A DNA stretch of 64,000 bases. It comes from a virus. The stretch is from IMG/VR virus record IMGVR_UViG_3300026544_000001, positions 32,001 to 96,000 of that record; one strand, written 5' to 3'. The position numbers and the translations under genes were made by a program. The notes under the pieces were generated by a model, which was not told the origin of the DNA, did no database searches, and saw only the letters and a program-made list of their open reading frames with translations. Below are positions 1-10,168 of this stretch, piece by piece; positions within the stretch are counted from its first letter, which is position 1; each line of letters starts with the position of its first letter.

Positions 1-27
1 TCCTTGGTACAAATTTATTCCCGTTGG

Positions 28-576
28 TTATTTGTAGATAGTAAAATCATATATTAACGGTTGTATTGTATAGTAGTCTGTATTATTAGGATCATATGGT
101 TCAACAATACATCTACCATTACGGTAGTTACATACTACTAGTTCATCATTAGTAGGTTCCCAAATTGTTAATGAGCTAGGTCTACTTACACCCATTCCAG
201 CAGGCCATTGAACTTGGATTGTTTGATTAGTTTTAGATGGTACAAAAGCAAGAATATGTCCTATAGTACCATCATTATGGATAACCCAATCACCTACTTT
301 AAATTCAGGTTCATCTGGTTTTATACGATAGTCTTCTGCAGTAAGTTTGTTATACTTAAAAGCTTGTTGAAAACTATACTTTACTGGTAAATCAACCCAT
401 TTCATTTCTATATTTAAATATTGTACTGTTTTACTGTCTTCTATTGCTTTTCTATACTCGCTGTAACTATCGTTGATAACATATTCACATTCAATGTTCC
501 AAGTTGGTTGAGCACTTAAATTCCATTCGTTTAAACTACCTTTACACCATATCTCAGCTCCTTCTGGTTGATCCAT
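28..576 (-). CDS. Phage hypothetical protein, paralog of 14330..15136 and 852..1337
   Basis: Shares PEGAEIWCKGSLNxWNLSAQPTWNIECEYVIND and RIKPDEP motifs with 14330..15136; the 5' end looks frameshifted (see findings). Confidence 0.8.
   Translation of the reverse strand: MDQPEGAEIWCKGSLNEWNLSAQPTWNIECEYVINDSYSEYRKAIEDSKTVQYLNIEMKWVDLPVKYSFQQAFKYNKLTAEDYRIKPDEPEFKVGDWVIHNDGTIGHILAFVPSKTNQTIQVQWPAGMGVSRPSSLTIWEPTNDELVVCNYRNGRCIVEPYDPNNTDYYTIQPLIYDFTIYK
468..569. repeat. 102-bp dispersed direct repeat, copy 1
   Basis: Identical to 14902..15003 except one base (528 vs 14962). Confidence 0.9.
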
Positions 577-627
577 AAACCATATAATAGTTTCTCTATG
601 TTTAGCCCATTCTGTTTTATCATAATG

Positions 628-855
628 TTACTTCTCCTGTGTTAATATATCAAGTTCTTCTATAGAAGATATAATATCAAATTCTAGTATTTTATTACTT
701 GTAAAATCTTTTCTATGAAGATATTCTTCAGCTAATTCTTTAGTTGAAAATACTTTATCTAATACTAGTTCTCCGTTAGGTCCACTTATAAAATTATAAG
801 ATGGATATACGTGTTGGTTTCCGCTATTATAATGTGTTGGTATGTATATTTTCAT
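628..855 (-). CDS. Hypothetical protein
   Basis: Tightly packed ORF that overlaps the upstream gene's stop (ATGA). Confidence 0.7.
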   Translation of the reverse strand: MKIYIPTHYNSGNQHVYPSYNFISGPNGELVLDKVFSTKELAEEYLHRKDFTSNKILEFDIISSIEELDILTQEK

Positions 856-1337
856 AATGTTACTTCTCCTGAATTAAGTAGATTACATATTTTTTGTGCT
901 GTTATGTGGTTCATTTGTATTCCGCCTATATGTTGTGTTACAGCATTAGACAATTTGTAAGTATTATCTGCATCTAAGTATATATAACAGGTATCCTTAT
1001 ATGTTACTTCATTTTGAAATTGATACACTAGTTGCTCTAATACATTAGATTGTACCATACGTGCGTGTGAGTCTTCTGCTTGTTTTCTAGTAGAACGGAT
1101 AATACCTAAATCTACAATATCTGCTATTATATTACATTCTGCTGTTCCATAATTGTCTGCACGGTATGTAGTAGGTGGAAAACTCCATTCAAATGATGGT
1201 TTGATACGATATAGACAATCTTTCCAGTTCCATGATGGCTTAGGTGCTGAACGCCATATATTATACCTATCTATAAATTCTATTTCTCTACCATCTGCAT
1301 ATGCCTGCATAATTTCTATTTGTTCTAATATAGTCAT
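852..1337 (-). CDS. Phage hypothetical protein (MQAYADGxEIE...PSWNW...YRIKP family)
   Basis: Motif common in phage early genes; AAGGA RBS. Confidence 0.75.
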   Translation of the reverse strand: MTILEQIEIMQAYADGREIEFIDRYNIWRSAPKPSWNWKDCLYRIKPSFEWSFPPTTYRADNYGTAECNIIADIVDLGIIRSTRKQAEDSHARMVQSNVLEQLVYQFQNEVTYKDTCYIYLDADNTYKLSNAVTQHIGGIQMNHITAQKICNLLNSGEVTL

Positions 1338-1346
1338 TTAGTTTCC

Positions 1347-1883
1347 TTAGTATTCATATTTTCCATGTACTTGATCTATAGGATACTTACGTTCTCCGCC
1401 GTTATCATAGAACTTCTGAACGTAATCTTTTATCTCAGATCGTTTTAGCTTTCTATTTAGTCTACGTCTAGATTCAATAAACCAATTTCTTTCTTTAGGT
1501 TTACTGATAGCTATACCACCATCTATAATATCTGTTGTAATACCTTGTTTCTTATATTTAGTTATAAAAGACTGTCCTAATGCTATTATACATAGATCAA
1601 TAAACCCATCGTCATCTAATAGTCCTTCAGGTATTCTGTTTATATTGAATTCTTCAACATAACCTCTGTTCTCTGCCATTAGTAATACTTTTATTACATT
1701 CTTTATTTCTTGAAAATTATACCCTGCTAGTAACCTATTACGTTCATTTGCATTCTTATTTAATTCATCATAAATTCTCTTGTCTTTCTTATACTGCTCA
1801 ATGAGAGACTGCTTATGTTTTTGTAGATCTACTATTTGTTTAGATATATCATCTATTTGCTGTTGTTGTTCATGCAGATTCAT
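1347..1883 (-). CDS. Hypothetical protein with N-terminal coiled coil
   Basis: ORF in the minus-strand operon. Confidence 0.7.
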   Translation of the reverse strand: MNLHEQQQQIDDISKQIVDLQKHKQSLIEQYKKDKRIYDELNKNANERNRLLAGYNFQEIKNVIKVLLMAENRGYVEEFNINRIPEGLLDDDGFIDLCIIALGQSFITKYKKQGITTDIIDGGIAISKPKERNWFIESRRRLNRKLKRSEIKDYVQKFYDNGGERKYPIDQVHGKYEY

Positions 1884-2061
1884 TTAGTTTCCTTATTTCT
1901 ATAATAACACCATATGCTGCTAGGAATATCATAGCTGTTGTTAGTAGATAATTTTGGTTTGCTTCATTATTAGCAAATGCTGACATTATTGCAAATGCTG
2001 ACATTATTGCAAATGCAATAGATATTACAAATTCTGCTGTTATCTTATTTTTCCAATTCAT
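1870..2061 (-). CDS. Small membrane protein with an internal 6-aa duplication
   Basis: Two hydrophobic segments; AFAIMS repeated. Confidence 0.65.
   Translation of the reverse strand: MNWKNKITAEFVISIAFAIMSAFAIMSAFANNEANQNYLLTTAMIFLAAYGVIIEIRKLNESA
1973..2016. repeat. 18-bp tandem repeat (about 2.4 copies)
   Basis: gcaaatgctgacattatt twice, then gcaaatgc. Confidence 0.9.
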
Positions 2062-2392
2062 TTAGATACTCCTCTAGTGTGTCTGTTAGTCTGTATTTAC
2101 TGATACTGAATTCAATACCATATTCTTCTGCTATGTATGATAGATACTCTGCTATTTCTACTTGATCTAGTGCTACTTGATTATTGAAAGCTATTTCTAG
2201 CAGTTCATTAAAACATTCTGTGGTCATTTGGTTTACTCCTTAATGATAGTTTAGTTGAATACCCCTTGTAAAAATCATTCTTATAGAGAATACAGCCAAA
2301 AGTGTGTTTAGTTATAGATTGATCTACCTTAATAGCTTCTGTTAGAATTTGGCATGTTTCTAGTCGATTACAAGTGTTACATGTTAAGTAGG

Positions 2393-2683
2393 TCATACTT
2401 CGTCTGTATTAGGTTCAAGAAATCGTTTGACATCTTCTACTGATGTTGCTACGAATGCTGTACCACCTGATTGTATAATAGCATCTATGTTGTATTGTTG
2501 TATAGGAGTAGTAGTATGTACTGTATTAGGTTTCTTTACTTCTATACCATAGAATACTCCATTATGACATGCTATAATGTCTGGTACACCTGATCTATTA
2601 GTAGATATAGTTACAAATGTATATGCACCTATAGATGTAAGATACTTTGAGATCTGTTTCTGTATTTGTTGTTCTGTAACCAT
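2393..2683 (-). CDS. VRR-NUC domain nuclease / Holliday junction resolvase-like protein
   Basis: E..IQ..I, GVPDIIAC, GIEVKKP and Q...I..I...GG motifs. Confidence 0.9.
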   Translation of the reverse strand: MVTEQQIQKQISKYLTSIGAYTFVTISTNRSGVPDIIACHNGVFYGIEVKKPNTVHTTTPIQQYNIDAIIQSGGTAFVATSVEDVKRFLEPNTDEV

Positions 2684-2685
2684 TT

Positions 2686-3114
2686 TTAATCCTTTACGTC
2701 TGGTAGTACTTCTGGTTTATTAGGTAATTTACCGTATTTGTAATAATGTTCTATTACATCCGTACCCATTAGTACTCTATAGTACTTAGTACCATCTTTA
2801 CCTGTATCACTTAAAACTAGTAGATACTTTTTATCTTTTAGTTCTTTACGTATACGTTTAACTTTAGCTACTGACCAATGTAGCTTTTTAGCTATGTACT
2901 CATTGTCATTAGGTTTAAAGTAATTAAATGTAGCTTTTCTATAATAAAAATGGTATAGTTTATATGCACTGTCTGTTAGTTCTGTATTTAGTTCATCTAG
3001 GTATTTATCTGTAAACATGTATACTCCTCGTTCGTATTTAGTATTTTCTGACAAAGGCTTATATACCTTTGTAGAAATATTAAGATAATTTTCGCTATAC
3101 TTATCCATAAGCAA
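2686..3114 (-). CDS. Winged-HTH DNA-binding protein (replication-initiator-like)
   Basis: AYKLY...NEYIAKKLHWSVAKVKRIRKELKDKKYL HTH pattern; paralogous to 23067..23528. Confidence 0.7.
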   Translation of the reverse strand: MLMDKYSENYLNISTKVYKPLSENTKYERGVYMFTDKYLDELNTELTDSAYKLYHFYYRKATFNYFKPNDNEYIAKKLHWSVAKVKRIRKELKDKKYLLVLSDTGKDGTKYYRVLMGTDVIEHYYKYGKLPNKPEVLPDVKD

Positions 3115-3139
3115 TCCTTGTAATTTATTGTGGTGATAA

Positions 3140-3161
3140 AATTATAGCTCATATTTGCTTA
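3140..3161 (-). promoter_or_regulatory. Host sigma70-type promoter (Campylobacterota-like)
   Basis: Minus strand reads TTAAGcaaatatgagcTATAAT just upstream of 2686..3114. Confidence 0.6.
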
Positions 3162-3388
3162 AACTAACTTAATAAAAGCTCAGATTTGAGCTTTATCTTA
3201 CTAGAATAGATCAAATATATACCTGATATTAAATAGAATCCCAATGTTTAAAGCATTTATACTTAATTTAGTATAGTACTACTTACATATATAATATATT
3301 AGTGAACTGGTATAACTTTGTGATCAAAAATCTGTCAAAGGAATAACAATAATATGTGTGTGTTTAGTTATACCAGCTCGCTAATATA

Positions 3389-3700
3389 TTACTGTATTAG
3401 ATCTTTATAGTAGATACATTTACTATGTTTAGAGGATGCTATATGACATGTAAGTAGTTTAGAAGGTTCAGGATCATCTAGATGAGTGAAAATAAATAGA
3501 GGAGTACCTTTAGATATTTTAAGGAACCTGTTATCTTTTGACCATCTATATAAGTCCTCTAGTATATTAGTTATAGAACCCTTTAGGCATGGATCCCAGT
3601 AAAAACCAAGATTACGTAATTTAGCTATAAGACTATTAGCTTCATCTATAGATTCACATAAGATAGCATCATGTGATTTAAGTAGAAATGGGTTTAGCAT
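3389..3700 (-). CDS. Hypothetical protein
   Basis: ORF directly downstream of the ligase. Confidence 0.65.
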   Translation of the reverse strand: MLNPFLLKSHDAILCESIDEANSLIAKLRNLGFYWDPCLKGSITNILEDLYRWSKDNRFLKISKGTPLFIFTHLDDPEPSKLLTCHIASSKHSKCIYYKDLIQ

Positions 3701-3703
3701 AGT

Positions 3704-4792
3704 TTACTCCAAGGGTTCTCCAGTATTGTCACATTTACGTAAAGATATAAAAATTGGCTTTGTAGGAATTCCTCCATCTGAAAGCATTTCATACTCTATT
3801 GTACCATAGTTGTTACGGTATAGTTTGTCGAAGTCTTTTACTATCTGTTTACGTTCTACGTCAGTACCTTTAGGTTTAGTTTTGAATTGTTTATCGTTAT
3901 ATTCTACTATAAATACTGGATGATCATTCTTATCTAAGTTATAATCTAGTATCTTTACTTCTGTAGATTGTACTGGTTTAAGTTTCCACATTTGATTAGA
4001 TCTAACACCGTGCCTATATTCTGCTTCTGGGTGTTTAATAACTATACCTTCATAATCATCACGTATAGTACTATAGTAAAATTCTGCTAATTCTGTTTCA
4101 TTGTTTACTATTTTAGTATATGCTGGAAGTATATGTGTATATGCAAATATAACATTATCTGTTAAATATTTCCATCTATTTTGGAAATTCATAATAGGCA
4201 AGTCCCCTATATCAAATAACATAAATCTAATAATGTTAGAAAATTCCTTTGGTTTTTTAACATAAGATACTATTTCTTGTAAAGAAAGACTATCAGCCCA
4301 TAGCTCACCTACTAATTCATTACATTGTAGTTTATCCATTAAATCTAACACTTCTTGTTTATTCTCAGGAAGTATAGGATATTCTTCACCTGTCCTAGAT
4401 AGTAGTTGTAGAGTGTTGTTTGTTCTCTTATATGTAGCATTAAGTCCATTGTATTTAATCTGTACGTATAGAGGATAATCTGGCATTTTCTTAGGAGGCC
4501 ATTTGCTTATCTTCATAGCTTGATGTCTAGTAGAAGTTGTATCCTGTGATGTAGTATATCCTAGTTTGATCTTCTTAGCATGTAGTGCCTTAGCTTCTAG
4601 TAAGGCTTGTTCTTCATCTGTAGTAGCATTAGATCTACCTATATTCTTTGGTAAGGCTGTTGTAGTTTTAGATTGCTCTTTACCGTCTACATACCCCCAA
4701 GTTACTGTATATGTATTTGAAGTAACTTGTATATCAAATAATTGTAGTTTACCTGCTTTAGATCGTTTGTATAGTGTAGGTAGATTTAACAT
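3704..4792 (-). CDS. lig: ATP-dependent DNA ligase
   Basis: Motif I KYNG, SRTG, motif III LVGEL, FMLFDI, motif IV EGIVIK, motif V KLK. Confidence 0.93.
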   Translation of the reverse strand: MLNLPTLYKRSKAGKLQLFDIQVTSNTYTVTWGYVDGKEQSKTTTALPKNIGRSNATTDEEQALLEAKALHAKKIKLGYTTSQDTTSTRHQAMKISKWPPKKMPDYPLYVQIKYNGLNATYKRTNNTLQLLSRTGEEYPILPENKQEVLDLMDKLQCNELVGELWADSLSLQEIVSYVKKPKEFSNIIRFMLFDIGDLPIMNFQNRWKYLTDNVIFAYTHILPAYTKIVNNETELAEFYYSTIRDDYEGIVIKHPEAEYRHGVRSNQMWKLKPVQSTEVKILDYNLDKNDHPVFIVEYNDKQFKTKPKGTDVERKQIVKDFDKLYRNNYGTIEYEMLSDGGIPTKPIFISLRKCDNTGEPLE

Positions 4793-4998
4793 TTAAGTTC
4801 CTCTAGTAGTTTAGCATTGAATTTGATTGCTTTATGTATATCATGTATCCGTATATCATCTCTGATTGGATGAGATACTTCATACAACTCCTCTATAAGA
4901 ATAGATGCTTTACCTATTTTATATTGTAAAGCTATAGAATAAGGTAAATCACTAAACTCAGTAGGAGATACTCCATATAGGTATTGTGTAGTTTTCAT
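4786..4998 (-). CDS. Hypothetical protein
   Basis: ORF with AAGGA RBS. Confidence 0.65.
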   Translation of the reverse strand: MKTTQYLYGVSPTEFSDLPYSIALQYKIGKASILIEELYEVSHPIRDDIRIHDIHKAIKFNAKLLEELKC

Positions 4999-5068
4999 AT
5001 AGGTCCTTTAGAATGTATGATTAGCTAAGTACATAATAGTTACTACAGCTGCGAAGTATGCTAGTAGA

Positions 5069-5728
5069 TCAGCTTCGTTGAATTGTATCATTATATAGTT
5101 CCTTAGTTGCTTGTAATATGTATGTTTGTTCTTGTATAAGTTCTTCAGTTACAGGGTCATTTTCTGATTCCCGGTCATTTGGTTTGTTTCTGTAGTAGTT
5201 GTATAGCTGAGTAAGAACTGTATATTTACCTGTATTAGGTAAAGATAAATCTAGTGACTTAATAGCTATAGGCAGTCTAACTCTATCATCAAGTGTTACA
5301 TGATATTTATGTGCTATAGATAATACATATATATTTAGATTTGGAAATGGTTTATCTTGAGCTATTTCAGCAAATAGTTTAACAGTTTCTAAGTTTGTAT
5401 AACTTATATAGATATTATAGAATTCAAATAGGTTAACTATTGTACTATAATCTACTATATGTTTTTTAAGGTAATCTACTATTCTATTTGAAATACTATT
5501 AAGATCTTTTTCATAGAATAGAGGATAATTATCTGTTTTAGTTTGTATTAATTTAAAAGCTTTAGTAGCTACTCTGAAATGATAGATTGTTCCTTGTTTA
5601 AGTTCTTTAGATATACGTTGTCTACTAATATAATCTAGTGAAGATCTAATAGTAGCATGTAAATACTTTAGTGTAAGTTTAGGTTTATTTAGTTCATTCA
5701 TTATTAATGTATGTTCTAGTTCATTCAT
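5069..5728 (-). CDS. Hypothetical protein
   Basis: 219-aa ORF, translationally coupled (TAATG). Confidence 0.7.
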   Translation of the reverse strand: MNELEHTLIMNELNKPKLTLKYLHATIRSSLDYISRQRISKELKQGTIYHFRVATKAFKLIQTKTDNYPLFYEKDLNSISNRIVDYLKKHIVDYSTIVNLFEFYNIYISYTNLETVKLFAEIAQDKPFPNLNIYVLSIAHKYHVTLDDRVRLPIAIKSLDLSLPNTGKYTVLTQLYNYYRNKPNDRESENDPVTEELIQEQTYILQATKELYNDTIQRS

Positions 5729-6234
5729 TAGTTAGCTCCTAGTTGTAATTTAGCTTCAAATATATGCTTATGTAGTTCTTCCATTCTATCTGGTATATTG
5801 AATTGAATGTAATTTGGATGTAAAGCTAGAATAGATACAAAATCATGTGCTTCTGTTATAAGTTGTTCTAGTTCTCTTCTACGATTTTGTTTATGCTTAT
5901 ATGCTCGTTTATACTTTCCTTGTGCAGTTATTATGTTAGTTACAAAATAATCATAAGCAATTCTAGGTCTAGTGAATAAGGGAAAGACTCTATATTTATC
6001 AGGAATAAGATCTATAAGTTTTCTTATTTGTCTTGATGTTGTATTAGAATACTTATGTGAAGTAATAAACATAAAGTTATTATCTCTATCTATTTGTGCT
6101 ATACGTGTTGAGTATGAATATAGAGAGTCATTTTTATATTTCATTCTATTACAATATGTTCTACCTTCTGTGTTAGCCTTAACTAACCATGATTCGATAA
6201 GAGATATATAGTCAGAAGATTTGAATTTATACAT
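5728..6234 (-). CDS. Conserved phage early protein (LYSYxTxIA...YSxTTSRQ family)
   Basis: Recognisable motif of a common phage hypothetical family. Confidence 0.7.
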   Translation of the reverse strand: MYKFKSSDYISLIESWLVKANTEGRTYCNRMKYKNDSLYSYSTRIAQIDRDNNFMFITSHKYSNTTSRQIRKLIDLIPDKYRVFPLFTRPRIAYDYFVTNIITAQGKYKRAYKHKQNRRRELEQLITEAHDFVSILALHPNYIQFNIPDRMEELHKHIFEAKLQLGAN

Positions 6235-6499
6235 TGTTGTTCCTTAAGTTAATTTCTTTTCTGAATAAATTGAATTTGAATCTATCTTCATCCACTATAA
6301 GGGCTTCGAATACTTGATAGGTATGGTTGTCTACTAACACATGAATAGTTGACATCAGTTCTATTAACTGTAGTTCTTTACCTGATATCGCTTTTGCAGT
6401 ATTTTTAGGTACTATTATATCTTCTACTATTATATAAGTAAACTTATTATCTAACTGTGATTTACTATATTCAGATATTTGTTTAAAACGTACTGTCAT
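6227..6499 (-). CDS. Hypothetical protein
   Basis: ORF in operon. Confidence 0.6.
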   Translation of the reverse strand: MTVRFKQISEYSKSQLDNKFTYIIVEDIIVPKNTAKAISGKELQLIELMSTIHVLVDNHTYQVFEALIVDEDRFKFNLFRKEINLRNNNV

Positions 6500-6503
6500 T
6501 AAT

Positions 6504-6845
6504 TTACTTTAATTTGATATTATATATAGCTGAATTAGCAAATACATATAATTTATGTTGTTCATTAGTTTTTAGTATGAAATTAAATTCAAGATCACTT
6601 AATTCGTTGCCTAGTAGTTTTTCAAATAATAGTTTTGCATCACAGGTTGTAAAATAGTTATAAGGTCTGGTCTTAGTTTGTTCCGTATAAATATCATGAT
6701 ATTTATCAAAATATACATTTGCTCGTGTATGAATTCGCCCATCCAATAATGTGATAGATAGTAATCTACTTTCATGATTTATACTAATATGAGCAGCATC
6801 GAATCTAGGTTCAAATTGATTTTTAAATATTTCTGAAAATAGCAT
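6504..6845 (-). CDS. Hypothetical protein
   Basis: ORF with AAGGAG RBS. Confidence 0.65.
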   Translation of the reverse strand: MLFSEIFKNQFEPRFDAAHISINHESRLLSITLLDGRIHTRANVYFDKYHDIYTEQTKTRPYNYFTTCDAKLLFEKLLGNELSDLEFNFILKTNEQHKLYVFANSAIYNIKLK

Positions 6846-6878
6846 TAGTTCTCCTTAATAAGTAAGGAAGAACCTTAC

Positions 6879-8276
6879 TTATGGTAATTTAATATTTAGG
6901 CCATGGCAGATGTTGGTGTCTACTTCTGGGCAGTTCTGTGGAGATAGAAAGAACCAAGTGAATTTCTTCATACTTGGATAAGCTTTCCATGCTTCATTAC
7001 CATCATCATAATTGTCACTCATTTTTATACAAATATATTTAGATTTATCTTTAATACTTAGTTCATCTATATATTTTATAGTAGACATAATAGATGTACC
7101 ACCATTTGCATACCTTTTAGATAGAGCTTCTTTAAACTTAGGTGATTGTGATATATCAAAATCACTTGTAATCTTTGTAGTATAAACTAGATCAACATCA
7201 TAGATACATACTATAAGTTCGTTTATCTTATGGCTTTGCGATTCAAATATACCTAATAGTTTTTGTAGGTCATTGATTTGTATTGAGCCACTTTGATCAA
7301 TAGTTAGGATAATGTTTACTTTGTTATCTGCATATACATCTGCTGGGGCTTTGAATATATGTCTATATGTTCGTTTAAGATTCTTCCAGCTTCTGTCATG
7401 TTTGTTTGTTTTGTTATAGATAGTATTGGTGATAGTACCTTTAAGTTTATCAAACCATGCTGCATCTGTTTTGATTGATTCAAATGACTCTATCATAATA
7501 TCTGCACCATATGTACCTTTAGAGTTAGTTCTAATAACGTTAATGATAGCATTAGCTAGATTCTGTGTTTGTATATCTTGAGCTATGTTACCTGATATTA
7601 GATTCTTTGGTGTGATATATTTAAAGCCATTTATCTCTGATACTATGTATCTATCACTGTTAGTAACAGGAAGACATTTATGAGATTGCTTCTTAAGATG
7701 CTTAACTATTTCTATTTCAGATAGTTCTTTGTAATCTTCGTTAAAAGCTATATGTTCTCTGATAGTAGACCATTCTGATCTAAGGCTACTTTGTGTAAAT
7801 AAACTATCCATGATATTGTTTACTTTATAGTCACAAGCTAGTTTGATAGTAAAGTGAGGGTCAGTACGTTGTTTATACTTCTTAAGTAGCATAGATTGAA
7901 ATGGTGCTGTATAATGCTTACGTAAAATATGTTGTACTTCTTTCATATAGTGATATGCAAAGAATATAGATTGTTTCTTAGCTATCTTAGCTATATACTT
8001 AAGTTGTTTAGCATCTCTGTAAAAGAAAGTAAAGTGTACTTGTTGTTCTATTGGATCTGTATAACAAGAGAATACTTCCATTAGATCTGGTAATTGCAGC
8101 TTCTTAGATTCTGCATCATTTGGGTACTTATGTACTTCTACTGTAATAGGTAGTTTAAGAAACATACCTAATGCTGTGAATGCTACTTTATCTGAACCTA
8201 TGATTTGGTTGTTAAGATATGCTAATTCTTGTATTATATGATTTGCTGTTTGTTCAATAAAAATTGATTCTGTCAT
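6879..8276 (-). CDS. vWA-domain protein with a degenerate metallopeptidase-like N-terminus (N4 gp25-like)
   Basis: MIDAS motif IDQSGS, then GGT and SD; KEVQH at the HExxH position followed by LACDYKVN. Confidence 0.85.
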   Translation of the reverse strand: MTESIFIEQTANHIIQELAYLNNQIIGSDKVAFTALGMFLKLPITVEVHKYPNDAESKKLQLPDLMEVFSCYTDPIEQQVHFTFFYRDAKQLKYIAKIAKKQSIFFAYHYMKEVQHILRKHYTAPFQSMLLKKYKQRTDPHFTIKLACDYKVNNIMDSLFTQSSLRSEWSTIREHIAFNEDYKELSEIEIVKHLKKQSHKCLPVTNSDRYIVSEINGFKYITPKNLISGNIAQDIQTQNLANAIINVIRTNSKGTYGADIMIESFESIKTDAAWFDKLKGTITNTIYNKTNKHDRSWKNLKRTYRHIFKAPADVYADNKVNIILTIDQSGSIQINDLQKLLGIFESQSHKINELIVCIYDVDLVYTTKITSDFDISQSPKFKEALSKRYANGGTSIMSTIKYIDELSIKDKSKYICIKMSDNYDDGNEAWKAYPSMKKFTWFFLSPQNCPEVDTNICHGLNIKLP

Positions 8277-8623
8277 GTTGTTTCCTTTGTTTCATTTGAT
8301 TCATTATACCATAATACATCTTCAGGGTCTATATCGGCCTTGTTTAATATGGTTAGGAGATCTTCTGGTATATCGTCTACTGTTTTATAGTCTTCAAATA
8401 TATATGTAAATTCATCTATACCGTAATAGTTAATAGATGCAACTGAAAAGTATTTAGTATAATAGTCACATATACTTTCGTTATTATTTTCTTCGTACTC
8501 ATAGAAGAAGTCATTACCCGGTTCAGATTCAGCTATATGTATGTATACTGGGTTAAACTCATGTAGATCAGATAGAAGATTTGATTTATCTGCTTCCCAT
8601 CTACCTTCTCCTCCTATAGTCAT
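8273..8623 (-). CDS. Acidic hypothetical protein
   Basis: D/E-rich ORF between the AAA and vWA genes. Confidence 0.6.
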   Translation of the reverse strand: MTIGGEGRWEADKSNLLSDLHEFNPVYIHIAESEPGNDFFYEYEENNNESICDYYTKYFSVASINYYGIDEFTYIFEDYKTVDDIPEDLLTILNKADIDPEDVLWYNESNETKETT

Positions 8624-8778
8624 AGTGGTACCTTGTATACCTAAATAGTGTGTTTGTATATTATACTCATAACATTCATCTTTAGTAAAATGGTGTTCTC
8701 TATAATGTTTAAGTTCGAATATATTATCAAACGTAATAGTTATATCTATTTGTGTCCAATTAGCGATGAGTTATCCTT

Positions 8779-8973
8779 TCATTTAATAGGTGTTGATTTA
8801 GTTGTACGTCTATTTACTATTGTTATAAAAGTTTTTAAATAGTTTACTCTAAACCACACTTTACAGCTATTACAGTAGGCATTCTTATCTAAAGTATTTC
8901 CACATAACGGGCATAATTTAGATTTAACTGCTTTAGCATCAAACATATTGAAAGATTCTGGTAGATTCTTCAT
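8779..8973 (-). CDS. Small zinc-ribbon protein
   Basis: CPLC...CNSC. Confidence 0.6.
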   Translation of the reverse strand: MKNLPESFNMFDAKAVKSKLCPLCGNTLDKNAYCNSCKVWFRVNYLKTFITIVNRRTTKSTPIK

Positions 8974-10148
8974 TAGATAATATACTGATTCATAATAGTT
9001 AGTATAGCTGGTCTGTCTTCGAAGGTAGCTTCTTTAACTAGTTTAGTATCTTTCTTAGATAACTTATATTCAGCTATATTGTCTTTATCTAGTATCTTAT
9101 CTAGTAATATAGATTGAGCTATAGTGATAGGTTTCTTGTTAATATATTCATTTTGGTAGTATGCCCAGAATTTACCTGCACTGAATCCTATGAATGAATG
9201 ATTATCTTTGTTAAGATTCATTAGATCTATACAATATACTGCATCTTGTATAGTCTCTGCCCAATCAAGGATAAATGGATATACTATCTGATCTATTGCT
9301 GATAGCTTAGATATATCTAATGGTTTCTTGTCATCTAGTATTTTTCTGAAGTTAATCTTCTCTAAGTATGCAACATGCGATGCTAGTTCTGTAGCAGCTT
9401 CAGATGATACATATTGCTTAGCTATAGTTAGAATATTATCTTGTATGAACTGATCATCTAGATTATTAAGACAAGTAGATAAGAAATCCCAAGATCTAGG
9501 CGTACCATACGGTGTCTCTGTAGATTCTTGTTCTTGTAAGAAGTTCAGGTTAAGTTTCAAGAATGAAGATACATATCTATGTAACTGAATACCTACTGTT
9601 TCATACCATTGAGCTGGATTGAATTGTATCTTAAGTATTTGCATACGATTGATAATAGCTGAACCAAATCCATCAAACCCTGCTTCAGTAGAATCATTAG
9701 CTGTTGCTATGATAGCTACATTAGGTAGAAGTTTATATTGTTGCAGTTTACGGTTAAGTAATAGTTCATATAGAGCATCTTGTGCTGTCTTCTGCATAGC
9801 ATGTACATCATCTATAAGAATAATAGCTCCAGCTGGATTATCCATAGCCATTGAGTTAGCTTGATAGATAACTTCTGGTACAGACCATTGAGTGTATCTA
9901 TGTTCAGTAGATTTTGATAGTGCGTATTTATCTATTGCTTTGTCTTTAAGTTCACTGGGTAATCCCAACCACTGCTCTGTAGATATAGTGGCACCAGATA
10001 GATCAAGTAGACTCATACCTAGTTCTTTAGCAATAGAAGCTACTTTAGTTGATTTACCTGAACCTGGAGATCCCATAAGAACTATAGGTGCTATATATTG
10101 ACCTGTAGTTTGGGCTTTAATATTTGATTTGATTATAGTTGCTTCCAT
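8973..10148 (-). CDS. MoxR-like AAA+ ATPase (N4 gp24-like)
   Basis: Walker A GSPGSGKS, Walker B ILIDD, ATAN, AIINR and TPRSW; paired with the vWA gene. Confidence 0.9.
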   Translation of the reverse strand: MEATIIKSNIKAQTTGQYIAPIVLMGSPGSGKSTKVASIAKELGMSLLDLSGATISTEQWLGLPSELKDKAIDKYALSKSTEHRYTQWSVPEVIYQANSMAMDNPAGAIILIDDVHAMQKTAQDALYELLLNRKLQQYKLLPNVAIIATANDSTEAGFDGFGSAIINRMQILKIQFNPAQWYETVGIQLHRYVSSFLKLNLNFLQEQESTETPYGTPRSWDFLSTCLNNLDDQFIQDNILTIAKQYVSSEAATELASHVAYLEKINFRKILDDKKPLDISKLSAIDQIVYPFILDWAETIQDAVYCIDLMNLNKDNHSFIGFSAGKFWAYYQNEYINKKPITIAQSILLDKILDKDNIAEYKLSKKDTKLVKEATFEDRPAILTIMNQYII

Positions 10149-10168
10149 TTTTTGATTCCTTATATTAT

